This document shows positions 28,353 to 37,265 of a stretch of DNA of 37,265 nt, piece by piece. The notes under the pieces were generated by a model, which saw nothing but the letters and a program-made list of their open reading frames with translations, had not been told where the DNA came from and did no database searches. Both the position numbers and the translations under genes were made by a program. The stretch comes from a virus (taxonomy: Duplodnaviria > Heunggongvirae > Uroviricota > Caudoviricetes). Numbering within the stretch: the stretch's first letter is position 1; each line of letters starts with the position of its first letter. The stretch lies in the IMG/VR virus record IMGVR_UViG_2731957842_000006; one strand, given 5' to 3'.

Positions 28353-28771
28353 AGCATCACCTCCTGAAATTCCCCCTGATAAAACGCCAGCACTCGCTGC
28401 ATAACCTCACTCTTCCGGCACTCGCGACAGATTATGTTCTGACGCCTGTCGTAGCGGCGTATTTCTCCGTCAGGTAATGACCTGATAAGGTCCGGATCAA
28501 CCACAGCCGTTTTCTTCACCTTTGCCCTCGATAGTTTTTTGCGGGCGTTTTGCCAGTCCTTACGAGCCTGTTCAGAGGGAAATAGCCCGTAGCCGGAGTT
28601 ATATACATCGCCACTGGCAACCAGCTCTCTGGCGAGAACGCTCATTAAATATCTTGTCGCACCTGTCTTAGCTTCAAGTTGTCGTAACGTCTCGCGCCCA
28701 TTCTGGCGCACGAGTTCAACAACCTGCCCCTTAATTTTTTCCCGCTCTTCTTGTGTAAATACTTTTGCCAT
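28349..28771 (-). CDS. hypothetical protein (140 aa; basic, CRECRK motif)
   Basis: GGAGG Shine-Dalgarno 7 nt before the ATG at 28771 (track ORF starts at an upstream TTG). Confidence 0.45.
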   Translation of the reverse strand: MAKVFTQEEREKIKGQVVELVRQNGRETLRQLEAKTGATRYLMSVLARELVASGDVYNSGYGLFPSEQARKDWQNARKKLSRAKVKKTAVVDPDLIRSLPDGEIRRYDRRQNIICRECRKSEVMQRVLAFYQGEFQEVML

Positions 28772-28786
28772 AAGCGCCTCCGGCAA

Positions 28787-29549
28787 TCACTTTTCCGATA
28801 CAACACAGCGGGAAGAATCAGTAATCTGGCGAACAATATCCCGGTGCTTGTTCAACTCCCGCAGCGCGGCGCAGACACGCTCCCACTTCTGGACATGGCT
28901 TTTCGCCCGACGCAGTTTGCGGTTTGCCAGATGCAGCGATGGCAAAATCAAATCATCCGCCCGCGTTTCGGTAAACGATGGCAACGACTGCACAATGTCC
29001 GCTACAGTATCTGTTTTAATTTCTTCCTGTGTTGCAGCCTCCTGTACTGGTAACGCAACACCTGCGGGCTGAGGAAAAGCCTTACCATCAGTTTCCGCTA
29101 CCGATGCTGCTTTCGGCTCTGCTGGTAAATTATCGCCCGGTATGCAGTAACGAAATTTACCGCCCTGATTTACGCGAATCAGACGACCTTTGCTGATTGC
29201 CATTGCCAGCGTTGAAGCCACTTTGCGTGATGTGGTACCAAACAATGTAGCCAGTTCATCCGCCGTTTGTGGTCCGCGTTGTTCAATCGTCGCGGTTAAA
29301 TCGCACTCTGAGATTTTCGCTACTGTCGCCGTGCTGGTTTCTTCCGGCTGTTCTTCTGGCGCTGGCTGTTCCTGCTGAACGTTGTTATCAGCCACACGCC
29401 AGGTGTATGCGCTTTTATCAACGAAGCCAGCCTTTTTTCAGTTCCCACAGCTCGTTCAGTACTTCTTCACGACTGATATCAAGTCGCGCAGCCAGCTCTA
29501 CCGACGTGGCTTTTCCCATCGCTTTCAGTGCGTCAAAAACAGTCTCCAT
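28787..29549 (-). pseudogene. winged-HTH protein in the Rac ydaW position, split by a frame break (43-codon N-terminal ORF 29418..29549 plus 202-codon ORF 28787..29395)
   Basis: N-terminus [37 protein letters not shown] reads as a wHTH; frame changes at T6 29433-29438 and a stop follows; T5 or T8 would give one continuous ORF of about 255 aa. Confidence 0.5.
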
Positions 29550-29569
29550 AAATTTCCTCCCGGTAAAAA

Positions 29570-30316
29570 TTACTTTTCAATACCTGGCTGACCAACATTC
29601 GGGCGCCAGCTCTCCCAGTTAAAATTCACCCAGCGCCCGCCGTTCATGGTCATGCGATCCATAATCCGCTCGCCGAGCAATGTTTTCATGGCCTCATAGT
29701 TCAGGTTTGTCAGCATTCCCACGCTACGCATCGACGCTGTCCGTCGATCAATAATCTGGTGCAGTACCACCTGCTCGTTTTTCGTCTCGCGCTGAATGCC
29801 AATTTCATCAAGAACCAGCAGATCCACTTCGCACAGTTCCCGCAAAAATTTTTCGCCTGACTGCCCGTCGTCATAGCTGGCGTGCAGGGCGCTCATAACA
29901 TCAGCCACGGTAACCACAATCACTGTCTGACCGTCTTTCAGCAGGCGATTCCCGATAGCTGCCGCTAAGTGATTCTTCCCGGTACCAGGTTTTCCGCTGA
30001 ACGCAAAATTTGTACACCCGGTCATCAGTTCATCGGCGATGGATTTCGCCTGGCTTAACGCGTATCGCTGGCCGTCGTTCTGCACCTGGTAATTCGCAAA
30101 CGAGCATTTACGGTGCAACGGCTGGATGCCTGAGCGATTCAGAATTTTTTCCACCCGCAACTGGCGATTCAGGCGGTTGATCTCCTCGCTACGTTTCTGG
30201 CCTTCAGCAAGTTGCCACTCGCGCCACTCCGCAACCGTTCTGAATGGGGCGGTTACATGTGGTGGGGTCAGTCTGCGGATACGCTCCAGAACGCCTCCTG
30301 TCGCAATATTTTTCAT
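29570..30316 (-). CDS. DnaC-like replicative helicase loader (IstB-like AAA+ ATPase)
   Basis: Walker [16 protein letters not shown] and Walker B LLVLDEIG; GGGGGT Shine-Dalgarno; follows the O-like gene. Confidence 0.8.
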   Translation of the reverse strand: MKNIATGGVLERIRRLTPPHVTAPFRTVAEWREWQLAEGQKRSEEINRLNRQLRVEKILNRSGIQPLHRKCSFANYQVQNDGQRYALSQAKSIADELMTGCTNFAFSGKPGTGKNHLAAAIGNRLLKDGQTVIVVTVADVMSALHASYDDGQSGEKFLRELCEVDLLVLDEIGIQRETKNEQVVLHQIIDRRTASMRSVGMLTNLNYEAMKTLLGERIMDRMTMNGGRWVNFNWESWRPNVGQPGIEK

Positions 30317-30322
30317 GGTCTG

Positions 30323-31111
30323 TTACCCCCTGAAGCCTGGCGGGATCGCACTGTCCGGCAACGAGACGGTGTTAACCTGTCGGAGCAACGTCTCAGGCCG
30401 AACACCTTTCGGCGCGAACAGGCCCTGGTATTCATTGGCGATGCTGTGTCGAATCACCTGCTCAGGTGTAAACCCCTGCTGACGGAATTTTTCCAGTTCC
30501 CGTATCGCCCCGTTAGCGCCCTGCTCCGTTCGAATCGGTTTTCGCAATGCCTGTCTGAACCGGACCCACTCATGCCAGAGTGTTTCCGGCAACCAATCGG
30601 GCAGCTCAATAGCCTCCGGCTCGAATTTTTTAGACGCTCGTTTTTGGCGAGGGGGATTTAGGGGGAGATCAGTATTTAGATCTTCCTCTTCCTCTTCCTC
30701 TGGTAGCGCTTTTTGATCCGTTTGTGTAACGCCGGCAGCGTTACCTTTTCGTTTCAGTTCACGTATTTTTGTAACTCGCTCGTTTGTAACCGCCCGTTTT
30801 TTAGAGCTTTTTCCGTTATGGCGTTCAAAGTTAGGTAGAGAAAGCCCAACGTCATTTTCGACCAGCCATCCAACCTGAATTAACGCATCAGCAAAACCAG
30901 CCATAAAAGTGATGCGATCTATTGCACTTTTTGTAACGCCGCGAGCGTTACAATCTGCATTACCGTCTATCATTTGTTGATCCGCCCATGCCCAGAAGCG
31001 AATAACCTTCCCTAATGCGGCATCTGGATCAATATTCAGAATCTCAGCAAGCCTGAATATTTCCGGCTTATCCGGCGTAATAACCTCGAGCTTTATCCAG
31101 TTTGAAGCCAT
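30323..31111 (-). CDS. replication initiation protein, lambda O / DnaT-like position (262 aa)
   Basis: AAGGTGA Shine-Dalgarno; acidic linker (EEEEEED); immediately upstream of the DnaC-like gene as in lambdoid replication modules. Confidence 0.55.
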   Translation of the reverse strand: MASNWIKLEVITPDKPEIFRLAEILNIDPDAALGKVIRFWAWADQQMIDGNADCNARGVTKSAIDRITFMAGFADALIQVGWLVENDVGLSLPNFERHNGKSSKKRAVTNERVTKIRELKRKGNAAGVTQTDQKALPEEEEEEDLNTDLPLNPPRQKRASKKFEPEAIELPDWLPETLWHEWVRFRQALRKPIRTEQGANGAIRELEKFRQQGFTPEQVIRHSIANEYQGLFAPKGVRPETLLRQVNTVSLPDSAIPPGFRG

Positions 31112-31188
31112 TTGTTTTCACCTTGTAACGCTCGCAGCGTTACATTTAACTGATACCGAACAAAACAATCCGGCACGATTAATTTCAA

Positions 31189-31611
31189 TCAATGCACTAC
31201 GACAGAATCACCGGGCGACCCACCACCGCTGAAATGTGCTTTCCGGTAAACGGCCTGGACTGCATCATCATGCGCATCAATTGCCGTACTCAACGCTTCC
31301 TGCGCCGCCAGTAATGCACGGCGTTCCAGGGTATCGAAGATGCAGAGTCGGTGACGCAGCTCGCGCGGAAGAATTGCCAGAACCGCAGGGATCAGTGTCT
31401 GAATTTTTTCCCTTTGCGCTTTCGTTTCACCTTTTAACCAACGGTGATAGATGTTCTGCTGATTATTCCAGTCCTTGCCTGGTACCAGGGGCAATTCGCC
31501 GCCCCCCTGGCGCAGATATTCTTCAGTAATTGCATTGGCTACCCATGCCTGCCCTTTTTCAGCGGCCAGGGCTAACAGCACTGATTCGATGTGCTCATGC
31601 CTGATTTTCAT
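31189..31611 (-). CDS. YdaT-like / CII-position regulatory protein (140 aa)
   Basis: AGGAG Shine-Dalgarno; sits between the Cro-like and replication genes as Rac ydaT does; size matches. Confidence 0.5.
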   Translation of the reverse strand: MKIRHEHIESVLLALAAEKGQAWVANAITEEYLRQGGGELPLVPGKDWNNQQNIYHRWLKGETKAQREKIQTLIPAVLAILPRELRHRLCIFDTLERRALLAAQEALSTAIDAHDDAVQAVYRKAHFSGGGSPGDSVVVH

Positions 31612-31870
31612 GAATCAACTCCTGTGCATTTTGTGTGTTAGCCTTACATCCAACAGGTAAACCATCGGTCGGATTCGGGTAGATATCAGGCCGGAGTTCA
31701 TGAGGTGTAACCTCGAAATTCGTAGCCTCTGCGATACGCAATACCTTTTCAGGGCTTAACTGACTACGTCCAGTAGCAACGAGGCTAATCATTGATTGCG
31801 AACAACCAGCCAGCGCGGCCAAACAAGACTGTCGTACACGATTTTTTTTCAAATATTCATCTAATGTCAT
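31595..31870 (-). CDS. Cro-like HTH regulator (about 91 aa)
   Basis: ATG at 31870 with AAGGTGA Shine-Dalgarno (track ORF begins at an upstream TTG); HTH segment QSCLAALAGCSQSMISLVATGRSQ; divergent from the repressor gene. Confidence 0.55.
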   Translation of the reverse strand: MTLDEYLKKNRVRQSCLAALAGCSQSMISLVATGRSQLSPEKVLRIAEATNFEVTPHELRPDIYPNPTDGLPVGCKANTQNAQELIHENQA

Positions 31871-31974
31871 AAGGGTCACCTTAGTAATGTTCGCCAAAAT
31901 ATTAACTATACTAATTTAAATGATCAATACTTATATCAGTTTGAGATTATGAGCTGTGTTCATAAGATGGTGGT
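31871..31974. promoter_or_regulatory. immunity-region divergent promoter/operator interval between the Cro-like and repressor genes
   Basis: About 100-bp AT-rich intergenic region between divergently transcribed HTH regulator genes. Confidence 0.35.
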
Positions 31975-32438
31975 ATGAGAAGAAAACGCGAAGAAATCGC
32001 ATCGCCAGAAGCTACGCAGCGTCTACGCGGAATCTGGGATGCAAAAAAAGAGAGCTCAAATTGACTCAGGAGCTTGCTGCCGAGCTAATGGGCTTTGAGA
32101 CGCAATCTACGGTTAGCCACTATCTCAACGGAAAGGCTCCACTTAACACTGATGCGGCATTAAAATTCGCAGTATTGCTAAGAGTTAAGCCTGAAGACTT
32201 GAGGCCTGATTTAGCTGATCTGATGAATTACGTCCGTTCCTCTGGAACTTATGACGAAAGTTTCGAAGGCGAAGGGTGGCGGATGGTTAACAAGCAACAA
32301 GCTGATTTACTGGATCTTTTTGATATCCTCCCCGAATCAGAAAAAGCAAAACTAATCGAAAGGCTTAAAGGCCAGAATGAACTCTACAAAGAAGCGTTTG
32401 AAAATATGCTGGCAGCTCAGAAACGCATAAAGAAATAG
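31956..32438 (+). CDS. racR: CI/RacR-like HTH repressor (about 155-160 aa); N-terminus ambiguous
   Basis: HTH region LKLTQELAAELMGFETQSTVSHYLNG; main frame has no ATG before the HTH (track start is a GTG at 31956); an ATG at 31975 opens a second frame (MRRKREEIASPEATQRLRGIWDAKK) that joins the main frame if A7 at 32043-32049 were A8. Confidence 0.55.
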   Translation: MFIRWWYEKKTRRNRIARSYAASTRNLGCKKRELKLTQELAAELMGFETQSTVSHYLNGKAPLNTDAALKFAVLLRVKPEDLRPDLADLMNYVRSSGTYDESFEGEGWRMVNKQQADLLDLFDILPESEKAKLIERLKGQNELYKEAFENMLAAQKRIKK

Positions 32439-32455
32439 CCCCCACTACCTCGTAA

Positions 32456-32485
32456 CTAAACCGCCATCCCTGGCGGTTTTTTTGT
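32456..32485 (+). terminator. intrinsic terminator after the repressor gene (AAACCGCC-ATCCCTG-GCGGTTT followed by T-run)
   Basis: Stem-loop plus U-tract 20 nt downstream of the stop. Confidence 0.5.
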
Positions 32486-32674
32486 CCCCTGCGCCCCCAT
32501 CGCCTTACTTTTTTATCAAAAAAAACACTAAAATTTTCATTAGGATAGTACATTTTTATCAACAAAATGCATATTTATGTTGATCATCAATATGAATATA
32601 ACTAATATTATTGCAGAAGCAGCACGGCGCTGTAGGTTTTAGTTCCGCCACCCGGCGTTAAGGGGAGAGATAAG

Positions 32675-32809
32675 ATGGTGCATTACGAAGTAGTTCAGTA
32701 TTTGATGGATTGTTGCGGTATCACTTACAACCAGGCTGTGCAGGCTTTACGCAGCAACGACTGGGATCTCTGGCAGGCAGAAGCCTCTATCCGCAACAAC
32801 AAAATGTGA
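32675..32809 (+). CDS. small protein (44 aa), Rac ydaG-position
   Basis: AGGGGAGAGA Shine-Dalgarno; MVHYEVVQYLMDCCGITYNQAVQALRSNDWDLWQAEASIRNNKM; not in ORF track (short). Confidence 0.45.
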   Translation: MVHYEVVQYLMDCCGITYNQAVQALRSNDWDLWQAEASIRNNKM

Positions 32810-32819
32810 GGTGCGAAAA

Positions 32820-32972
32820 ATGCAAAAAATCGACCTCGGCAATAACGAATCCCTGGGGTGCGGCGTGTTCCCCAACCAGGATGGAACGTTCACTGCCATG
32901 ACTTATACCAAAAGCAAGACATTCAAAACTGAAACGGGCGCACGTCGCTGGCTTGCCAGAAATACTTGCTAA
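32820..32972 (+). CDS. small protein (50 aa), Rac ydaF-position
   Basis: Manual translation MQKIDLGNNESLGCGVFPNQDGTFTAMTYTKSKTFKTETGARRWLARNTC; follows the previous small ORF by 10 nt. Confidence 0.45.
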   Translation: MQKIDLGNNESLGCGVFPNQDGTFTAMTYTKSKTFKTETGARRWLARNTC

Positions 32973-33392
32973 TCCATTATTTGGATTAATTCAATATTCT
33001 CGCTGTAGGGGTATAGCAGAAACCACCAAAGCCCGGAGGTGGTGAAATAAAACCGGGCACAACACGAAGTCGCATTTCCGATATCCATAAAGAGTCGGTC
33101 TTGTCTGTTAAATTTAAATGGTGGGAGTGCGCCTCCGGTTGTGGATAACAACACTGCTGTGTGTAGTCTTGGCGGCATCAGTTTTTTCTTGAAGTTCGAC
33201 TGATGTCCGCCCTTTTTAAAGTGAATTTTGTGATGCGGTGAATGCGGCTAAGCGCACGCGGCACAGTTAAAAGTCATGTTAGTCCTTATTGGTTTGGGTG
33301 GGAAAGCCGACTGTAATTGTTAACTGGTTGCAGTCACCTGGAGGCACTAGGCACCGCATCAACAAAGTTCATTTGTAAAAATGGAGATAATT

Positions 33393-33614
33393 ATGATTGC
33401 ACATCACTTCGGAACTGATGAAATACCACGTCAGTGTGTGACTCCTGGTGACTATATTCTTCATGAAGGCCGGACATATATTGCCTCGGCAAACAATATT
33501 AAAAAGCGAAAACTTTATATTCGTAACCTGACTACAAAAACATGCATTACTGACTGCATGATTAAAGTCTTCCTCGGTCGTGATGGTTTACCTGTAAAGG
33601 CGGAGTCATGGTGA
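33393..33614 (+). CDS. kilR: KilR-like small protein (73 aa)
   Basis: GGAGA Shine-Dalgarno before the ATG at 33393 ([10 protein letters not shown]...); size and order (followed by 56-aa and 91-aa genes then recE) match the Rac early-left operon. Confidence 0.5.
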   Translation: MIAHHFGTDEIPRQCVTPGDYILHEGRTYIASANNIKKRKLYIRNLTTKTCITDCMIKVFLGRDGLPVKAESW

Positions 33615-33784
33615 TGACTAAGAAAATAAAATGTGCTTACCACCTTTGCAATAAAGAAATTGAAGAAAGCAAAAGTATTAAAAGACCACTTCATTTCATG
33701 CGTGGAGTTATCCCAACGACGGAAATGAAAAAATATTGTAGTGAAAGTTGTGCCGAAAAAGACCAGATGGCACACGAACTTTAA
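33614..33784 (+). CDS. small Cys-rich zinc-binding-like protein (56 aa), Rac ydaE-position
   Basis: TGATG overlap with the upstream stop; cysteine pairs CAYHLC and CSESC. Confidence 0.45.
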   Translation: MTKKIKCAYHLCNKEIEESKSIKRPLHFMRGVIPTTEMKKYCSESCAEKDQMAHEL

Positions 33785-33858
33785 TTAACTGACTATTCGA
33801 AACTGAATTTATGCCAGCAATGGCAGGGATTCGCTCAACCTTAATTAAGGAGAAAAAC

Positions 33859-34134
33859 ATGATTACCAATTATGAAGCCACTGTTGTAACTACCGATGAC
33901 ATTGTTCACGAGGTTAATCTGGAAGGAAAGCGTATTGGCTACGTGATTAAAACAGAAAATAAAGAAACCCCATTCACTGTGGTTGATATCGACGGTCCAT
34001 CAGGCAACGTAAAAACACTTGATGAAGGTGTCACAAAAATGTGCCTGGTTCACATCGGAAAGAATCTGCCCGCAGAAAAAAAAGCCGGATTTCTGGCAAC
34101 TCTGATTGCAATGAAATTAGGCGGTGAAATCTGA
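33859..34134 (+). CDS. racC: RacC-like protein (91 aa)
   Basis: AAGGAGA Shine-Dalgarno before the ATG at 33859; immediately upstream of the RecE-family gene. Confidence 0.5.
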   Translation: MITNYEATVVTTDDIVHEVNLEGKRIGYVIKTENKETPFTVVDIDGPSGNVKTLDEGVTKMCLVHIGKNLPAEKKAGFLATLIAMKLGGEI

Positions 34135-34235
34135 AAGAAATAGCCTGCGCCATACGCAGGCTATGAACAGTGTGTATCCGGCAAGATCATTCACTGAACA
34201 AAACGAATTTTAATCTGAGTTGAGGTTAAAAAACA

Positions 34236-37200
34236 ATGAGCACAAAACCACTCTTCCTGTTACGGAAAGCGAAAAAATCATCCGGTGAACCTGACGTCGT
34301 CCTGTGGGCAAGCGACGATTTTGAATCGACCTGTGCCACTCTGGACTACCTGATCGTTAAGTCAGGTAAAAAACTGAGCAGCTATTTTAAAGCTGTTGCC
34401 ACGAATTTTCCTGTCGTTAATGACCTGCCCGCTGAAGGTGAGATCGATTTTACCTGGAGTGAACGCTATCAACTCAGCAAAGACTCCATGACATGGGAAC
34501 TAAAACCGGGAGCAGCACCAGACAACGCTCACTATCAAGGCAATACCAACGTCAACGGCGAAGACATGACTGAGATTGAGGAGAATATGCTACTCCCAAT
34601 TTCTGGCCAGGAACTGCCCATTCGTTGGCTTGCTCAACACGGCAGCGAAAAACCGGTAACGCACGTTTCACGCGACGGACTCCAGGCATTACACATTGCT
34701 CGGGCTGAAGAACTACCGGCTGTTACTGCCCTGGCTGTTTCCCACAAAACCAGCCTGCTCGACCCGCTGGAAATTCGCGATCTCCACAAACTGGTTCGTG
34801 ACACTGACAAAGTTTTCCCTAATCCTGGTAATTCAAACCTGGGACTGATAACTGCTTTTTTCGAAGCATACCTGAACGCTGACTACACCGATCGAGGACT
34901 GCTGACAAAAGAGTGGATGAAGGGTAATCGTGTTTCACACATCACTCGCACGGCTTCCGGTGCTAATGCTGGCGGCGGAAACCTCACCGATCGCGGCGAA
35001 GGTTTCGTACACGATCTGACGTCACTGGCGCGCGACGTAGCCACTGGCGTACTGGCCCGTTCAATGGATCTGGACATCTATAACCTTCATCCGGCACACG
35101 CTAAACGCATTGAGGAAATTATCGCTGAAAATAAACCGCCCTTTTCTGTTTTCCGCGACAAATTCATCACCATGCCTGGCGGGCTGGATTATTCCCGCGC
35201 CATCGTGGTTGCGTCCGTAAAAGAAGCACCAATTGGGATCGAGGTCATCCCCGCGCACGTCACTGAATATCTGAACAAAGTACTGACTGAAACCGATCAT
35301 GCCAACCCTGATCCGGAAATCGTGGATATTGCCTGCGGTCGCTCCTCTGCCCCGATGCCGCAGCGAGTAACAGAAGAAGGAAAACAGGATGATGAAGAAA
35401 AACCGCAACCATCTGGAACAACGGCAGTTGAACAGGGAGAGGCTGAAACAATGGAACCGGACGCAACTGAACATCATCAGGACACGCAGCCGCTGGATGC
35501 TCAGTCACAGGTAAATTCTGTTGATGCGAAATATCAGGAACTGCGGGCAGAACTCCATGAAGCCCGGAAAAACATTCCATCAAAAAATCCTGTCGATGCC
35601 GATAAATTGCTTGCTGCATCACGTGGTGAATTTGTTGACGGAATTAGCGACCCGAACGATCCGAAATGGGTTAAGGGGATCCAGACTCGCGATTCTGTGT
35701 ACCAGAACCAGCCAGAAACGGAAAAAACCAGCCCGGATGTGAAACAACCTGAGGCAGTAGTGCAACAGGAACCGGAAATAGTCTGCAATGCCTGCGGTCA
35801 GACTGGCGGAGATAACTGCCCTGACTGTGGGGCGGTGACGGGCGACGCAACATACCAGGAAACATTCGATGAAGAGAATCAGGTTGAAGCTAAGGAAAAA
35901 GATCCGGTGGAAATGGAAGGCGCTGAACATCCGCACAATGAGAATGCTGGCAGCGATCCGCATCGTGATTGCAGTGATGAAACTGGTGAAGCGTCAGCTC
36001 CTGTAGCAACTGAAATCATGTGGCCGTCATATTTCGAGCCTGGCCGCTATGAAAACCTCCCGAACGAGGTTTATCACTCCGCCAACGGAATAAGCAGCAC
36101 GATGCTGAAGGATGCCCGTATCAGCCTGATGTATTACCACGGGCGGCACATTGCCGGAACTATTCCGAACGAGGAAAGTGATGCACTGCTGCGTGGGCGG
36201 ATCATTCACAGCTATGTTCTGGAAACGGATAAATTCGCTGATGAATATGCCATTCCGGTACCGGTTCCTGAATATGTGGTTACTACTTCTAACGAACTGA
36301 TCGCCATCATTAAAAAACACAATGCCAGTCTGCCAGCACTGATGACACCAGAGCAGATGAAAGAGTGGATCGAAAGCTACAACAGCACTCTTATACAGCC
36401 ACTGTCTGTAAGTGCTGGGGCCGAAGAAACAGGCATCCTTTACGGTTCGCTTCCGGTGGAATTTCGGCGTATTCCTGAGGGGGAAAAACATACAGCATCA
36501 GCAATGAAAGCCTGTATTAAAGAATACAACGCAAGCCTCCCTCCTCTGTTGAAAACCAGTGGAGCACGGGAGCAGCTTCTGGATCAAATTGAAACTGTAG
36601 ACCCAGAACTGGCAAAAAAAGAACGTGCTAAATCTTTGCCTTACAACATCAGTGGCACAAAAGAGCAATTAACCGAAATCGCACGGAAAATTCGCCCGGA
36701 ACTGGTGACACTGGAGGACTGGCAAAAACGCCAGCAAGAAGAAAACGCCGGGAAAACGTTTATCAGTCCGGATATGTATGAACAGGCAAAAAATATTCAC
36801 GCTGCAATGCAAAACAATACTGATGCAGCAAGGCTACTCAACCACCCGGATCGCAAATCTGAAATCAGCTATTTCGGGTTTGATGAAGAAACCGGGCTGG
36901 AAATCAGGGTCCGTCCTGATATCGAAATCCGGCTGCCATACGAAAGCATTTGCGCTGACGTGAAGTCAGTCAGCCTCGGTTATGTGCGGCAGGAACGACT
37001 TAAAGATCGCCTGCACCGTGAAATTATTGAGCGTGATTATCACCTCAGCGCCGCAATGTATTGCGATGTGGCAAACCTGGACAAATTTTTCTGGATCTTC
37101 GTCAACAAAGATGCTGGCTATCACTGGGTGGCTGTCGTGGAAGCCTCGCAGGAACTCCTGGAACTTGGTCGACAGGAATATCGCCGGACGCTACGCCAGA

Positions 37201-37265
37201 TAAACGAAGCCCTAGAGACAAACAACTGGCCAGCACCGATTACCGAAAGTTATACCGACGAATTA
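34236..37265 (+). CDS. recE: RecE-family exonuclease VIII, 3'-partial (at least 1010 codons, runs off the window end)
   Basis: GAGG Shine-Dalgarno before the ATG at 34236; frame 0 has no track ORF boundaries and spot translations at 34236, 35520 and 37140 read as continuous protein ([14 protein letters not shown]...; ...[21 protein letters not shown]...); position after racC-like gene. Confidence 0.65.
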   Translation, partial: MSTKPLFLLRKAKKSSGEPDVVLWASDDFESTCATLDYLIVKSGKKLSSYFKAVATNFPVVNDLPAEGEIDFTWSERYQLSKDSMTWELKPGAAPDNAHYQGNTNVNGEDMTEIEENMLLPISGQELPIRWLAQHGSEKPVTHVSRDGLQALHIARAEELPAVTALAVSHKTSLLDPLEIRDLHKLVRDTDKVFPNPGNSNLGLITAFFEAYLNADYTDRGLLTKEWMKGNRVSHITRTASGANAGGGNLTDRGEGFVHDLTSLARDVATGVLARSMDLDIYNLHPAHAKRIEEIIAENKPPFSVFRDKFITMPGGLDYSRAIVVASVKEAPIGIEVIPAHVTEYLNKVLTETDHANPDPEIVDIACGRSSAPMPQRVTEEGKQDDEEKPQPSGTTAVEQGEAETMEPDATEHHQDTQPLDAQSQVNSVDAKYQELRAELHEARKNIPSKNPVDADKLLAASRGEFVDGISDPNDPKWVKGIQTRDSVYQNQPETEKTSPDVKQPEAVVQQEPEIVCNACGQTGGDNCPDCGAVTGDATYQETFDEENQVEAKEKDPVEMEGAEHPHNENAGSDPHRDCSDETGEASAPVATEIMWPSYFEPGRYENLPNEVYHSANGISSTMLKDARISLMYYHGRHIAGTIPNEESDALLRGRIIHSYVLETDKFADEYAIPVPVPEYVVTTSNELIAIIKKHNASLPALMTPEQMKEWIESYNSTLIQPLSVSAGAEETGILYGSLPVEFRRIPEGEKHTASAMKACIKEYNASLPPLLKTSGAREQLLDQIETVDPELAKKERAKSLPYNISGTKEQLTEIARKIRPELVTLEDWQKRQQEENAGKTFISPDMYEQAKNIHAAMQNNTDAARLLNHPDRKSEISYFGFDEETGLEIRVRPDIEIRLPYESICADVKSVSLGYVRQERLKDRLHREIIERDYHLSAAMYCDVANLDKFFWIFVNKDAGYHWVAVVEASQELLELGRQEYRRTLRQINEALETNNWPAPITESYTDEL

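Noticed and set aside
34883-36491. Minus-strand ORFs (34883..35077, 35061..35477, 35260..35622, 35619..35963, 36027..36491) within the RecE-family gene
   Set aside because: Antisense to a long continuous plus-strand frame with a good start context; Cys/Phe/Arg-rich shadow translations

Overview
This window looks like a Rac-like lambdoid prophage (enterobacterial, E. coli-like) joined to a Mu/e14-like contractile-tail module, with no head genes. All calls rest on manual reading of the six-frame translations and the DNA; no database search was possible. Right end (plus strand): a CI-like repressor, small early-left genes (sizes match Rac ydaG/ydaF/kilR/ydaE/racC) and a RecE-family exonuclease running off the window. 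Leftwards on the minus strand: Cro-like regulator, YdaT/CII-position protein, O-like and DnaC-like replication proteins, a frame-disrupted wHTH gene, small Nin-region-like ORFs, a Hok-family toxin, two AT-rich cargo genes, rare-codon tRNAs plus duplicated tRNA-Gly-like/terminator modules, a lysis cassette, a ParB-like protein, a putative small terminase and a large terminase cut to its ATPase domain. No portal, protease or capsid genes follow; instead come neck-like ORFs, sheath, tube, chaperone, tape measure, baseplate, fibre and fibre-assembly genes, then a decayed lambda-Stf-like remnant and a cargo gene. The strongest novelty candidate is an AT-rich, self-contained HsdR-N-like nuclease gene inserted inside the baseplate operon. 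Five frame breaks sit exactly on homopolymer runs, so either the assembly has homopolymer errors or several genes are genuinely inactivated.
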